The position numbers and the translations under genes were made by a program. A stretch of 64,000 nt of DNA from Candidatus Schekmanbacteria bacterium (GTDB taxonomy: Bacteria > SZUA-182). Below, one piece after another: positions 29,248-38,842 of the stretch. Positions within the stretch are counted from its first letter, which is position 1, and every line of letters starts with the position of its first letter. The notes under the pieces are model-generated. The model saw only the letters and a list, made by a program, of their open reading frames with translations. It was not told the origin of the DNA and ran no database searches. The stretch covers positions 1,779 through 65,778 of the forward strand of contig JACRJN010000131.1 of NCBI GenBank assembly GCA_016235675.1. The letters run 5' to 3'.

Positions 29248-29850
29248 CTTTTTCCAATAATCCGCCTTGGCCAGATCCTCTTCTCTTGATATTAAAGCCG
29301 GAAAAGTCAGCAGCAATATCTTGCAATCCAGAAGAAAGGACAGGTGGCGGATATATTCTATATCGTATTCGATTCTTTTATCCCAATCAATGGATTTCCG
29401 TCCGCTGACCTGAGCCAGACCGCTAATTCCCGGCCTTATAAGCAGCCTTTGCCTTTGATGGGGCGTATATTGATCCACCTGATATTTTAACGTCGGACGC
29501 GGCCCGATGATGCTCATATCGCCGCGCAAGATATTGATCCCCTGGGGCAATTCATCCAACCCGCTGACGCGCAACCATTGGCCGATGCGGGTCACCCTGG
29601 GGTCGTTTTTCTCCACCAGTATCCCCGCTCCCATTTTGGCGGCATTGGGCAGCATGGTGCGGAATTTGTATAAATCAAATAACTTGCCGTCTTTGCCTAC
29701 CCGCTCCTGGCTGAAAAATACCGTCCCTTTAGAATCCAATTTTATCAGCAGGGCGATGATTAGCATGGGAATAAGCATCAGCGACAAAATGACCAGGATG
29801 AAAATTATGTCTAACGCCCGCTTAAAATATTTGGAATAAAGCCCGTTCAT
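29245..29850 (-). CDS. undecaprenyl-phosphate sugar phosphotransferase (PglC/WbaP C-terminal family)
   Basis: One N-terminal TM helix plus the conserved KFRTM...IGPRP...DELPQ blocks of bacterial sugar transferases. Confidence 0.85.
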   Translation of the reverse strand: MNGLYSKYFKRALDIIFILVILSLMLIPMLIIALLIKLDSKGTVFFSQERVGKDGKLFDLYKFRTMLPNAAKMGAGILVEKNDPRVTRIGQWLRVSGLDELPQGINILRGDMSIIGPRPTLKYQVDQYTPHQRQRLLIRPGISGLAQVSGRKSIDWDKRIEYDIEYIRHLSFLLDCKILLLTFPALISREEDLAKADYWKK

Positions 29851-29870
29851 TATTTTCCATTTCCATCTTT

Positions 29871-29948
29871 GGTAGCACAGGCTTCCCATCCTGTGACACA
29901 GGCAAGATGCCTGTGCTACCGGAGGCAGGGATAAAGCCCTGCGCTACG
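29871..29948. repeat. family-D REP pair plus a family-A half site
   Basis: GGTAGCACAGGCTTCCCATCCTGTG / CACAGGCAAGATGCCTGTGCTACC / GCAGGGATAAAGCCCTGCGCTAC. A similar D+A unit lies at 35867..35943. Confidence 0.8.
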
Positions 29949-29950
29949 AC

Positions 29951-31474
29951 TTATTTCAGCAAATGTTTCTGCACCTTGCCCGATGCGGTCTTGGGCAATT
30001 GAGCCACAAATTCCACCACTTTGGGGACTTTATAGGAGGCCAGATTCCTGGCGCAGAAGATCAGCAGTTCTTCCTTGTTTACGAGTTGTCCATCTTTGCT
30101 GACGATATAGGCTTTGACCGCCTCGCCTAAAATCTCATCCGGCATCCCCACCACCGCCGCTTCATAAACGGCGGGATGGGAGATCAATACCGCCTCGACT
30201 TCTTTGGCGCTGATCTTTTCACCCCTGCAATTGATAATATCACTCTTGCGCCCCTTGATAAAAATAAAACCGTCTTCATCAATTGTGGCCATATCGCCGG
30301 TATGCAGACCGTCCTTTTGGAGCACCCGCCCGGTTTCCACCGGGTTGTTCAAATAACCCTTCATCACGTTGGAGCCGCGGATTACGATTTCCCCCGTTTC
30401 GCCGGGAACTACCTCCCGCCCGTCCGGATTCAGCACCCGCACTTGCACATTAGGGATCGCCTTGCCGATGGAGCCGATCTTCTCCCTGGCGTATTTAAAA
30501 TCCAGATAAGTGGCGCGGGGGGCAACCTCGGAACAGCCGTAATTGTTAATAATCTCCACACCGGGAAAAGCGCTCAGCAACCTTTCGATGATGGCGGGAT
30601 AAATCGGGCCGCCGGCGTTCAGGATATAGCGCAAGCTCGACAAATTATAGGTTGGCAGATTGCCGATGCGCAGTAGAATATTATAGGTTGTCGGAACCCC
30701 GCCGAAGCCGGTCACCCCCTCCTGCCCGACTAAGCTTAGCGCCCGCTGGGGAAAAAGAAAATCGCGCATCAGGGTAATAGTGCCGCCCGCTCTTAAAACG
30801 GTCAGCATTTGCGATAGCGCATAGGAATAGAACAGAGGCAGAAATATCAAGGTGTTATCATCTTCGGTCAGCCTTAAGTAATGGACTATCGAATTTACAT
30901 TGGAGAGGATATTCAAATGGGTTAAGACCACCCCTTTGGGCTGTCCGGTGGTGCCGGAGGTATAGATAATAACCGCCTCATCGGCATCGATTAAGGATAG
31001 GCCGGGATGATCATTCGCCCCCTCCTCCGTTTGCAGGTTCCAAAACTGAATACGCCCGTCTCCGGCTATTTTGGGATCAGTTGTCAGGACGATCGCTTGC
31101 TGAACAGTTGTCAGATGCGGCAGAGTCTGGTTTATAAAGGAATCAGTTGCCAGATTGGTCAGTAACATCCGGGTTTGGCAGTTTTCCAGAATATATTGCA
31201 ACTCCCTTAATTTCAATTGGGTATTGACGGGAACAACGACCGCGCCGATCCTTATCAGCGCAAAATAGGCGATGATAAACTCCGGAGCGTTGGTAATGAA
31301 CAGGGCGGCCTTTTCACCTTTGGCGATCCCCTGCCCGATTAATTTCCGGGCGCATTGATTGATCTTGCGCTCCAACTCCCGGTAGCTATACCTTTGGCCA
31401 TCGAAAATCAGGGCGGTTTTATCCGGGGTTTTCAGGCTGGTCTGAGTTATTATCTCGCCGATGGTGTAGATCAA
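29951..31474 (-). CDS. AMP-dependent acyl-CoA ligase (exosortase-locus associated)
   Basis: 507 aa with an AMP-binding motif (IIYTSGTTGQPKGV) and a C-terminal PKTASGKVQK. TTG start. Confidence 0.85.
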   Translation of the reverse strand: MIYTIGEIITQTSLKTPDKTALIFDGQRYSYRELERKINQCARKLIGQGIAKGEKAALFITNAPEFIIAYFALIRIGAVVVPVNTQLKLRELQYILENCQTRMLLTNLATDSFINQTLPHLTTVQQAIVLTTDPKIAGDGRIQFWNLQTEEGANDHPGLSLIDADEAVIIYTSGTTGQPKGVVLTHLNILSNVNSIVHYLRLTEDDNTLIFLPLFYSYALSQMLTVLRAGGTITLMRDFLFPQRALSLVGQEGVTGFGGVPTTYNILLRIGNLPTYNLSSLRYILNAGGPIYPAIIERLLSAFPGVEIINNYGCSEVAPRATYLDFKYAREKIGSIGKAIPNVQVRVLNPDGREVVPGETGEIVIRGSNVMKGYLNNPVETGRVLQKDGLHTGDMATIDEDGFIFIKGRKSDIINCRGEKISAKEVEAVLISHPAVYEAAVVGMPDEILGEAVKAYIVSKDGQLVNKEELLIFCARNLASYKVPKVVEFVAQLPKTASGKVQKHLLK

Positions 31475-31490
31475 TTTTATTTCCCTTTAA

Positions 31491-31701
31491 CCACGGAAGC
31501 CACGGAAGCCACGGAAAATCAAACTATTCTCCCCCTCTTTGGCAAAGAGGGGTCGGGGGAGATTTTAAAATTGCTTTCAACCATCAAGTATTTTTAATTA
31601 CTTATGGGAAAATGACAATTTGAAAATCCCCCTTTATCCCCCTTTGCTAAAGGGGGAATTATTATTGATACTTTTCCGTGCCTTCCGTGCCTTCCGTGGT
31701 T
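31491..31701. repeat. composite: (CCACGGAAG)3 family-F outer arms enclosing two family-K hairpins (CCCCCTCTTTGGCAAAGAGGGG; CCCCCTTTGCTAAAGGGGG)
   Basis: F arms at 31491..31518 and 31674..31701 (inverted). K hairpins also at 60098..60130 and 60365..60400, flanking a long E element. Confidence 0.8.
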
Positions 31702-31951
31702 AACTCTTGTTAGATTTCCTCTCGATATAACCCGCCAAAGACCCCATATCGGCAAAGACTTCCGGGCCGACATCTTCATCCGCCACCCTGATCCCGAATT
31801 CGACCTCCAAGCCGCCGATCAAATCGATCATCCCGATGGAATCGATCCCGATCTCTTTGAGCGCTTGAGCCTCCGATATATCAGAGACTTCCTGATTGGC
31901 GATTCCGGCCACTAATTTTTTCAACCTGATATTTATTTCATTGGTACTCAT
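31700..31951 (-). CDS. acyl carrier protein
   Basis: 83 aa with a DSIG phosphopantetheine attachment motif. Overlaps the upstream GT4. Confidence 0.7.
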   Translation of the reverse strand: MSTNEINIRLKKLVAGIANQEVSDISEAQALKEIGIDSIGMIDLIGGLEVEFGIRVADEDVGPEVFADMGSLAGYIERKSNKS

Positions 31952-33185
31952 TTTTCACCCGAACTAAAATGTCGTTCAATTTATCGGCTATGTTTTTGCG
32001 CATAAAATTTTTCAGCACATAATCCCGCCCGGTTTGCCCTTGCCGCTCCCGCTCCTGCCTTGATAAACGGGAATAATTCAAGACCGCATCGGCTAATCCC
32101 CGATCATCCCCCGGAGCAACTACCACTCCCGCCCCCGATGCCTCGATAATCTGCCTGGTATCCCCGCAGGCGCAGGCGATAACCGGCGATCCCGCCGCCA
32201 GATAATCGAAGGTCTTATTTTGCACCATGCCGTGAAAAACCGGCTCATCCCGCAAGGGCAGAAGGCAGACGTCGGCTGTGCCCAAATAGGCGGGCACCGT
32301 TTTCTTAGAGATCGGATCAAGAAAAATCAGGTTTTCCAGTTTCCATTCCTCCCTGGTTTTGAGCAATTCAGGCTTTTCATCCCCGTCGCCGATCAAGAGA
32401 AAGGCGATCTGGGGATATGCCTTTAAACGCCGCGCCGCTTTTAATATTACTTGCAAGTTGTTGACCATCCCGAAAGCGCCGACGTAAATCGCTACGAATT
32501 TATTCTCCAATCCCAATTGGCATTTCAATGCCTCCTGCTTGGGGATGTGATCGAAAATATCCAAATCCACCCCGTGCGGGACTACTTCCACCTTAGAGGC
32601 TTCTATTCCCCTTTGTATGATCTGTTTACGAAACCCGTTAGTTACCGCCACGACACAATCCGCCTGGCGATAAAGAAAATTGGCTAACCCTTGCCCCAGT
32701 CTTGCGATTTTGCTTTCCGGCTTGAACACCCCTAAGGCCACTACCGCCTCCGGCCAGGGATCGCGGATTTCAAAGACAAAGGGAATGCGCTTTAAAAGCC
32801 CCAGGAGCCAGCCGGGAATCCCCACAAATAAAGGGGTGGAGGAAGCCAAAACCAAATCGGCCTTTTCCTGCCATCCGGCGACAAAAGCCATGAGCATAAA
32901 AGAAAGGTGGTTGAGGAGACGTTTTTTGACGTTGATTTTGCCGTCATCCCCGCGGTAATTGGCATAAACGTAGGTTCTTAAAACCCGAACCCCGGCGACT
33001 TGTTCCCCGGTAATTAATTTGCCTTTGTAGCGATCGGGAATCAACCCGGTACGGTAGTTTTGCGAACCGGTGATCACCGTTACCTGATGCCCCCGTTTTT
33101 GCAGTTCCGTAGCCGAAGCAAAGTGCCTCCCGGCTCCGGCTTCCTCAGGCAGATTGAAGTATTGGGCGATGTAAATTATTTTCAT
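31938..33185 (-). CDS. glycosyltransferase family 4
   Basis: GT-B fold with an N-terminal MKIIYIAQYF and a C-terminal EX7E-like region. The start is moved to MKIIY. Confidence 0.8.
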   Translation of the reverse strand: MKIIYIAQYFNLPEEAGAGRHFASATELQKRGHQVTVITGSQNYRTGLIPDRYKGKLITGEQVAGVRVLRTYVYANYRGDDGKINVKKRLLNHLSFMLMAFVAGWQEKADLVLASSTPLFVGIPGWLLGLLKRIPFVFEIRDPWPEAVVALGVFKPESKIARLGQGLANFLYRQADCVVAVTNGFRKQIIQRGIEASKVEVVPHGVDLDIFDHIPKQEALKCQLGLENKFVAIYVGAFGMVNNLQVILKAARRLKAYPQIAFLLIGDGDEKPELLKTREEWKLENLIFLDPISKKTVPAYLGTADVCLLPLRDEPVFHGMVQNKTFDYLAAGSPVIACACGDTRQIIEASGAGVVVAPGDDRGLADAVLNYSRLSRQERERQGQTGRDYVLKNFMRKNIADKLNDILVRVKNEYQ

Positions 33186-33288
33186 GTTTTGAAATTCTGT
33201 CATTGCGAGGCAGCCTTATCGCCGAAGCAATCTCAGACATACGAGATTGCTTCACTCCTTCGTCGTTCGCAATGACAATTCTGAAATT

Positions 33289-34467
33289 TTAACCAATTTG
33301 CCCCTTCACCTGTACCCTGTTCTCATAAATCCGCTCAATCGCCTCACAAACCTTGATTACCTTCTCTTCCGGCAAGTGGGTAAACAAGGGCAGGCAGCAA
33401 ATCCTTTTACAAACCCAGGCGGTGGCCGGTAATTGATCCTGATATTGCTGATAATAATCTTTATAGGCGTCCTGCTCATGCACCGGGGGATAAAAATATT
33501 TTCTGGTCATGATATTTTCCGGCTTCAGGGCGGCAGATAGTTGATCGTTATTCAGACCGAATATCTCTTCATCCACCAAAACAGAGAAATAATTGTAAGA
33601 TGTGCGGGCATTGGCCTCAATCTTTTGAAAGCTTATCCCCGGCAATTTCTGCAACCTGGATTTATATAAATCTACCAGTTTATACCTGGTATTAATGCTT
33701 TCCTCTAATTTTGTCAGGCATTTACCGGCCAATAAAGCGTGCATCTCGCTCATACGGGCGTTTAAGCCGATAAACCGGGTGTTGTAGTTTCCCGGATTGC
33801 CGTAATCCCTGGCGATCTTCAGATCGGCAGCCAGTTGATCGTTATTGGTGGCGACGATCCCCCCCTCGCCGGCCACTACCAATTTGGTAGGCGCCAGGCT
33901 GAAGACCTCCGCATCTGCGAAATTCCCGGCAAATTTGCCGTGATATTTTACACCCAAAGCATGTGCCGCATCGGAAATCATTTTGAGATGATGTTTGGCG
34001 GCGATGGAGGTTAAACGATCCAGTTGCGGCGGGTTGCCGAAGATATAAACCAGCATAATGGCGCAGGTCTGCGGCGTGATTTTCTTCTCTACCTCATGCG
34101 GATCGATATTAAAGGTCTCCGGGTCGCAATCCACAAAGACCGGCTTTAAATTATTCCACAGCAGGGCATGAACCGTCGCCGGAAAGGTAAAGCTGGGGAC
34201 AATTACTTCCCCCTTCAAACCCAATAATTTCAAGCTCAACAACAAACCGGAAGTGCAACAGGAAACGGCTACCGCGTTTTTTACCTCAAGATAATCGGCG
34301 CATTCATTTTCAAAGCGTTTGACATAGCGCGCATTGGTCAGCATCCCGGAATTAAATATATCCGTTAATTCAGCGGTCAAGTCATCAACCTTCGGCAAAG
34401 TCGGCTGATTAATCGGTAATAATTGGTCGAAAGCGGGGCTGCCCCCTAAAATAGCCGGTTTTTTCAT
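33289..34467 (-). CDS. DegT/DnrJ/EryC1/StrS family PLP-dependent sugar aminotransferase
   Basis: 392 aa with conserved blocks (SCCTSGL, FSLAPTKLV with the Lys for PLP). Confidence 0.9.
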   Translation of the reverse strand: MKKPAILGGSPAFDQLLPINQPTLPKVDDLTAELTDIFNSGMLTNARYVKRFENECADYLEVKNAVAVSCCTSGLLLSLKLLGLKGEVIVPSFTFPATVHALLWNNLKPVFVDCDPETFNIDPHEVEKKITPQTCAIMLVYIFGNPPQLDRLTSIAAKHHLKMISDAAHALGVKYHGKFAGNFADAEVFSLAPTKLVVAGEGGIVATNNDQLAADLKIARDYGNPGNYNTRFIGLNARMSEMHALLAGKCLTKLEESINTRYKLVDLYKSRLQKLPGISFQKIEANARTSYNYFSVLVDEEIFGLNNDQLSAALKPENIMTRKYFYPPVHEQDAYKDYYQQYQDQLPATAWVCKRICCLPLFTHLPEEKVIKVCEAIERIYENRVQVKGQIG

Positions 34468-34639
34468 TATAATTTGTCCCTTCTTGTAAATAAATTGGTA
34501 GCGTTTTCAACAGAAGACCAGTAGCGTCATTGCGAGCGGAGCGAAGCAATCTCCATGCGTGCGTAGAGATTGCTTCGCTTAAGCTCGCAATGACATTTTT
34601 CAGCCGAAAGAAAATTATCCCTCAAGCCTCAAGCCTAGT

Positions 34640-35851
34640 TTATGCCGTAATCAATTCGGCTAATTGAGCCACATTCTTTCTAATATCAAAAGATTCGCAA
34701 ACCCTTTGCCGCCCGGCTTTTCCTAACCTTTGGCGCAAATCCGGGTCGTGATATAGTTTTTTAATCGCCTCCTTCAAGGCCAAAACATCTGCGGGAGGAA
34801 CGATTAGCCCGGTTTCCATATTATGCACCAATTCGGGAATAGCGGAAATATCGGTTGAGATTACCGGCACTTCCAATGCCAGCGCTTCGATAAATACGTT
34901 GGGAAGGCCATCCTGCCGGTTACCGTTGAGTGTAACGCAAGGCAGGACAAAGACATCAGCCGACTTCATCTTTTCAATTACCTGAGGATGAGGCAAATGA
35001 TTGCTGATTTTCACCCGGTCACCTAATTGATATTTTCGGTGCAAGGCGATTATTTCCTCTTTGGCCGGGCCGTTTCCGCCGATAATCTCCGCACTAAATT
35101 CCATCCCTTCTTTTTTCAGCAGATGAAGCGCTTCGATTAAATATTTGAACCCCTTCTTTTCCACCATCCGCCCAACCGCCAGGATATTGAATTTCCCGTT
35201 GCTTCTACTCCCAAGAGGCTGATAATGATTGGGGTTCAATCCATGATAATTTACCTTAATTTTATCGGCAAAGCCGTTTTCACATAAAGTAATTAAATAT
35301 TTCTGATTAAATTGTGTACAGGTAACCATACATTTGGCTTTTTTAATCTTCTGCCGCAACCCATATGTATCTACAAAAATATCCCAGGCATGACCGGTAA
35401 AGGAAAATCCCAACCCTAAAAGCCGGGCGATTATCATGGCGCTTGCCGTAGAAGTCGTCGCCCAATGGGCATGGATATAGCGAATATTTTGTTCCTCGAT
35501 AAGTTTAGCGTAATAAACAGATTTTGGGAAGATAGCCAACGCCCTAAGGATAAAAGCTAACTCGTTAGAATTGGTAAAAAGTTCTTTTAAGACGGCTAGA
35601 TATTGCTTGGGTTTTTTCGCAAGATAATAAATATGCGCCCATAAAATCTTTAAGGATAACAGGTAGGGGCTGTAATAAACCGGCCTTTTCAGTTGATTTA
35701 ATAACGGATAATTTTTCTCCAAATCAGCCAGTTTTTTCCCCAAGGCAAATATATGTAAATCAATTCCCTGATTGGCTAATTCCAGCATCTCCCGCAGAAT
35801 AAATTCCGATCCCAGAGATGTGTTGATATAAGCTATCTTTTGTTTTGCCAT
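34640..35851 (-). CDS. glycosyltransferase family 4
   Basis: 403 aa with a GT-B fold and a C-terminal EALALEVPVISTD block. Confidence 0.8.
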   Translation of the reverse strand: MAKQKIAYINTSLGSEFILREMLELANQGIDLHIFALGKKLADLEKNYPLLNQLKRPVYYSPYLLSLKILWAHIYYLAKKPKQYLAVLKELFTNSNELAFILRALAIFPKSVYYAKLIEEQNIRYIHAHWATTSTASAMIIARLLGLGFSFTGHAWDIFVDTYGLRQKIKKAKCMVTCTQFNQKYLITLCENGFADKIKVNYHGLNPNHYQPLGSRSNGKFNILAVGRMVEKKGFKYLIEALHLLKKEGMEFSAEIIGGNGPAKEEIIALHRKYQLGDRVKISNHLPHPQVIEKMKSADVFVLPCVTLNGNRQDGLPNVFIEALALEVPVISTDISAIPELVHNMETGLIVPPADVLALKEAIKKLYHDPDLRQRLGKAGRQRVCESFDIRKNVAQLAELITA

Positions 35852-37412
35852 CTAACTTCCTTCTTTGGTAGCACAGGCTGGAAGCACATGACACAGGCTG
35901 GAAGCCTGTGTTACCGGATGCAGGGCTGAAGCCCTGCGCTACACTTTTTTGCCTCCCGGTTAAAAGCCTCCCTTTAGCTTTAACAGTAATTCCGGCCATG
36001 ATCCAAAAATAAGCCGTTAATTCATTGGAAAAAAAGCGCGCTCCCGATAAATCCAATAAAAACAGGGCGATGACACAACCCAGTAGCCCGCCGGCCAGCG
36101 CCTTAATGTAGGGATCGTCCGTCTGGCGCATTACCTGCCGGGCACTAAAAAAAACAGCCGCCAAAATCCATAAATACAAAATTAACCCGACGATTCCTTC
36201 CTCGACTGCAATCCAAATAAACGAACTATGAGCCGCTTTGGGAAACGGAAGCACCCCACATCTGACCACCACTTCCTGGAATGTTTCAAAACCCGTACCC
36301 AAGATGGGGGCTTCGGCCATCATCCGCGGCAATCCTTTCCACTGGCGTAGCCTCAATTCTGTGGAATTATCGTATTGCTGATTTTCATATTTTCCCTGCA
36401 CCCCTTCTTCCAGAAAGGTATCGTCTACCCGTTCTTCTACCGCCGGCGGCGGATGCACCAAGATCACAACTAAAGCCAACAACATAAATAAAAGCAGGCG
36501 CTTATCTTTAACCAGTCCCAGGAACAAAAGACTGGCCAAACAGGCCAGCCAGGAACCGCGGGATAAGGTGGTAAACAAGGCCAGAAAACATAAACCGGTA
36601 CCCGCTAAAAGCAGGTAATGCCGTTTGGAGGGCAGTTTCAGATATAAAGAGCAAATAAATAGCGGGGTATACATAGCCAGAAAGCCGCCATATAAATTAG
36701 GCTGATCCCCGATTACCCCGCCTCCGTTTCTGTTCCGCTCGATATAATCCGCTATTCGAAAAAAATCTTTTAACGAAAGTATTACGATAATTCCGATCGT
36801 TACTAAAAGAAAAATCAACAAACGGCGGCTATAATGCAAATCGTAAGATTTTAAGGTGATGAAATATAAAGAAACATAAATAAGCCAATTTTTAGCGACA
36901 CTTAAGCGTTCAACATCCGAACAATACGCGGAAGGCATCCTGAAAATGGATAATAAAGTAAAAAATACAAGCAGATAAACAGGTATTTTTAACGGATCGC
37001 ATCTCGAATTTTCTTGCGGCTGCTTTTGGGAAAACACGCCAAGAAATAAAATGGCCACAATAATAGTTTGGGCGTTTATTCCGGTTATGCCGAAAAAATC
37101 AGGGGGAAAGAGGTCTAAAATCGGCATAAAAAAGATAAAAAAACAAACCGCTAAATCGATTCTTACAAAGGCCAAATAAGTCCAAAAAATACCCAGGGAA
37201 AACCCTAAGAAAATCTTTACCGGATAATAAGGCAAAAATATCGCGCAAATTACCGCCGCCACAAGAACCGATAAACTTGTTTTTTCAAACCGATCAACCG
37301 AAGAGACATCAGATTTGCCGGATGTTTCGGTTGGATTTAAATAATTTAATTGATACACAGGTGAAGTGTCCACAACTTTCCTCAGTGCTATGAAATACGA
37401 CAAAACTCCCAT
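35760..37412 (-). CDS. O-antigen ligase/Wzy-like polymerase family membrane protein
   Basis: Polytopic membrane protein with the Wzy_C-like segment LFTTLSRGSWLA. The C-terminus reads through a REP element into the next gene's 5' end, so the listed stop is probably not the ancestral one. Confidence 0.6.
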   Translation of the reverse strand: MGVLSYFIALRKVVDTSPVYQLNYLNPTETSGKSDVSSVDRFEKTSLSVLVAAVICAIFLPYYPVKIFLGFSLGIFWTYLAFVRIDLAVCFFIFFMPILDLFPPDFFGITGINAQTIIVAILFLGVFSQKQPQENSRCDPLKIPVYLLVFFTLLSIFRMPSAYCSDVERLSVAKNWLIYVSLYFITLKSYDLHYSRRLLIFLLVTIGIIVILSLKDFFRIADYIERNRNGGGVIGDQPNLYGGFLAMYTPLFICSLYLKLPSKRHYLLLAGTGLCFLALFTTLSRGSWLACLASLLFLGLVKDKRLLLFMLLALVVILVHPPPAVEERVDDTFLEEGVQGKYENQQYDNSTELRLRQWKGLPRMMAEAPILGTGFETFQEVVVRCGVLPFPKAAHSSFIWIAVEEGIVGLILYLWILAAVFFSARQVMRQTDDPYIKALAGGLLGCVIALFLLDLSGARFFSNELTAYFWIMAGITVKAKGRLLTGRQKSVAQGFSPASGNTGFQPVSCASSLCYQRRKLDGKTKDSLYQHISGIGIYSAGDAGISQSGN

Positions 37413-38842
37413 AACCGGTACAAGCGCGCCTTTTCCTGGGCGGCAAAAAAACCGCTCAGCCAAAGTAATACGGGAAACAAAAGAATTAACATGCACTTAT
37501 AAGCGATAGCCACGCTTATTGCTTCAATATTAATCAGTACCCCCGCCAAATATAAAGCTAAGCTAATCGCTATTAATTTGATGATACGACCAAATTCATA
37601 TCTGACAGGATAAAGCTTCATCGAAAGAACGACTATCATAATAAATTGAAAAATATAGGCCAGCAACGTCGCATAAGCCGCCCCCATCATCCCAAAAGAT
37701 GGGATCCAAAGAAAATTCAATCCGACATTCAACAGCGCAGCAATTCCTACAGCCGTGCTGAAATATGAAGTTTTACTCTTCAAATATACACCGACCGCCA
37801 CTACATTGAACAGCCCGTAAAATAACTGGGATAGGGCAATGATCGGAATCACCCGGTAAGCCTCTAAAAATTTAGGCGTGGTGGCTAAAATAATAATTTC
37901 CCTGGCCAATATCGATAAGGACAGGCAGACAAAGGACATTATCGCAAAAAAATAAGTGCTGGTTTTGGAATATAACTCGTTGGCATTTGGCGATTTTTCG
38001 TTGGAAAACACAAATTGCGGCCAGGCCAGTTGAAAAGCCCAGGCCAGAAACCACAGAATTTCCCCGAATCTATAGCCTAATGAATAGATACCCACTTGAT
38101 CCAGCGTACTATACATTTTTAACATGTATCTGTCCGACAGGGTTAAGATTATCCCGCCGATGCCGGAGAAGATTAAGGGAACGCCGAACCGCAGCAGACT
38201 TTTTGCTTCGGTTAAAGAAAACCGAAAAGGCACATCCCTTAAAATCCAGGGGATAAGAATGAGGCAAACTAACAAACCGGCCAGGCATTGACTGATTAAA
38301 ATCCCCCAGAACCCTTTTTTAAATGCCACTACTAAAAAAATAGTCAATAACAAGGTAAAACCGGTATCGGATAAAGTCAGTACGGCATATTTCTTCGATT
38401 CGCCTTGCGCCCGCAGGCAGGAAAAAGGGATTTTGGCCAATTGGGAAAAAACACCGGTTAAAGACACGATGATCACGGCATTGGCATAAACCGGGCTTCC
38501 CAGCAACAATCTGGAAATCCCGGCTGAATTAACAATAATAATGCCCATCACCGGCAGAGAAATCAGCAGCATTATAAATCCGGAGGTGCTTAAAACCAGG
38601 TTTTTCCCCTCCGGTGTCTCGGCCTTAAAATAATTTTTAAATATGGCGCTGCTCATCCCCAGGTTTAAAAATATAAACAAAAAGGAGCCGAACAGGGAAC
38701 ATAAAGACAAGATTCCATAATCCGCGGGCGTCAGATAACGGGTATAAAGCGGAATCAGCAAAAATCCCACTATTTTCCCGGCGGTATTTCCTAAAACATA
38801 GAAAATACTATCGGAAAATAATTTTTTAATTTTGGAAAACAT
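37388..38842 (-). CDS. oligosaccharide flippase (Wzx/polysaccharide biosynthesis protein family)
   Basis: 484 aa with 12-14 predicted TM segments and a MOP-superfamily pattern. Confidence 0.8.
   Translation of the reverse strand: MFSKIKKLFSDSIFYVLGNTAGKIVGFLLIPLYTRYLTPADYGILSLCSLFGSFLFIFLNLGMSSAIFKNYFKAETPEGKNLVLSTSGFIMLLISLPVMGIIIVNSAGISRLLLGSPVYANAVIIVSLTGVFSQLAKIPFSCLRAQGESKKYAVLTLSDTGFTLLLTIFLVVAFKKGFWGILISQCLAGLLVCLILIPWILRDVPFRFSLTEAKSLLRFGVPLIFSGIGGIILTLSDRYMLKMYSTLDQVGIYSLGYRFGEILWFLAWAFQLAWPQFVFSNEKSPNANELYSKTSTYFFAIMSFVCLSLSILAREIIILATTPKFLEAYRVIPIIALSQLFYGLFNVVAVGVYLKSKTSYFSTAVGIAALLNVGLNFLWIPSFGMMGAAYATLLAYIFQFIMIVVLSMKLYPVRYEFGRIIKLIAISLALYLAGVLINIEAISVAIAYKCMLILLFPVLLWLSGFFAAQEKARLYRLWEFCRIS

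Noticed and set aside
31491-31518. Tandem CCACGGAAG x3 (and its complement at 31674..31701); possible CRISPR-like or other short tandem array
   Set aside because: Only three 9-bp units with no spacers. They form the two arms of an inverted repeat around other hairpins (a family-F composite), not a repeat-spacer array. No cas genes are present.
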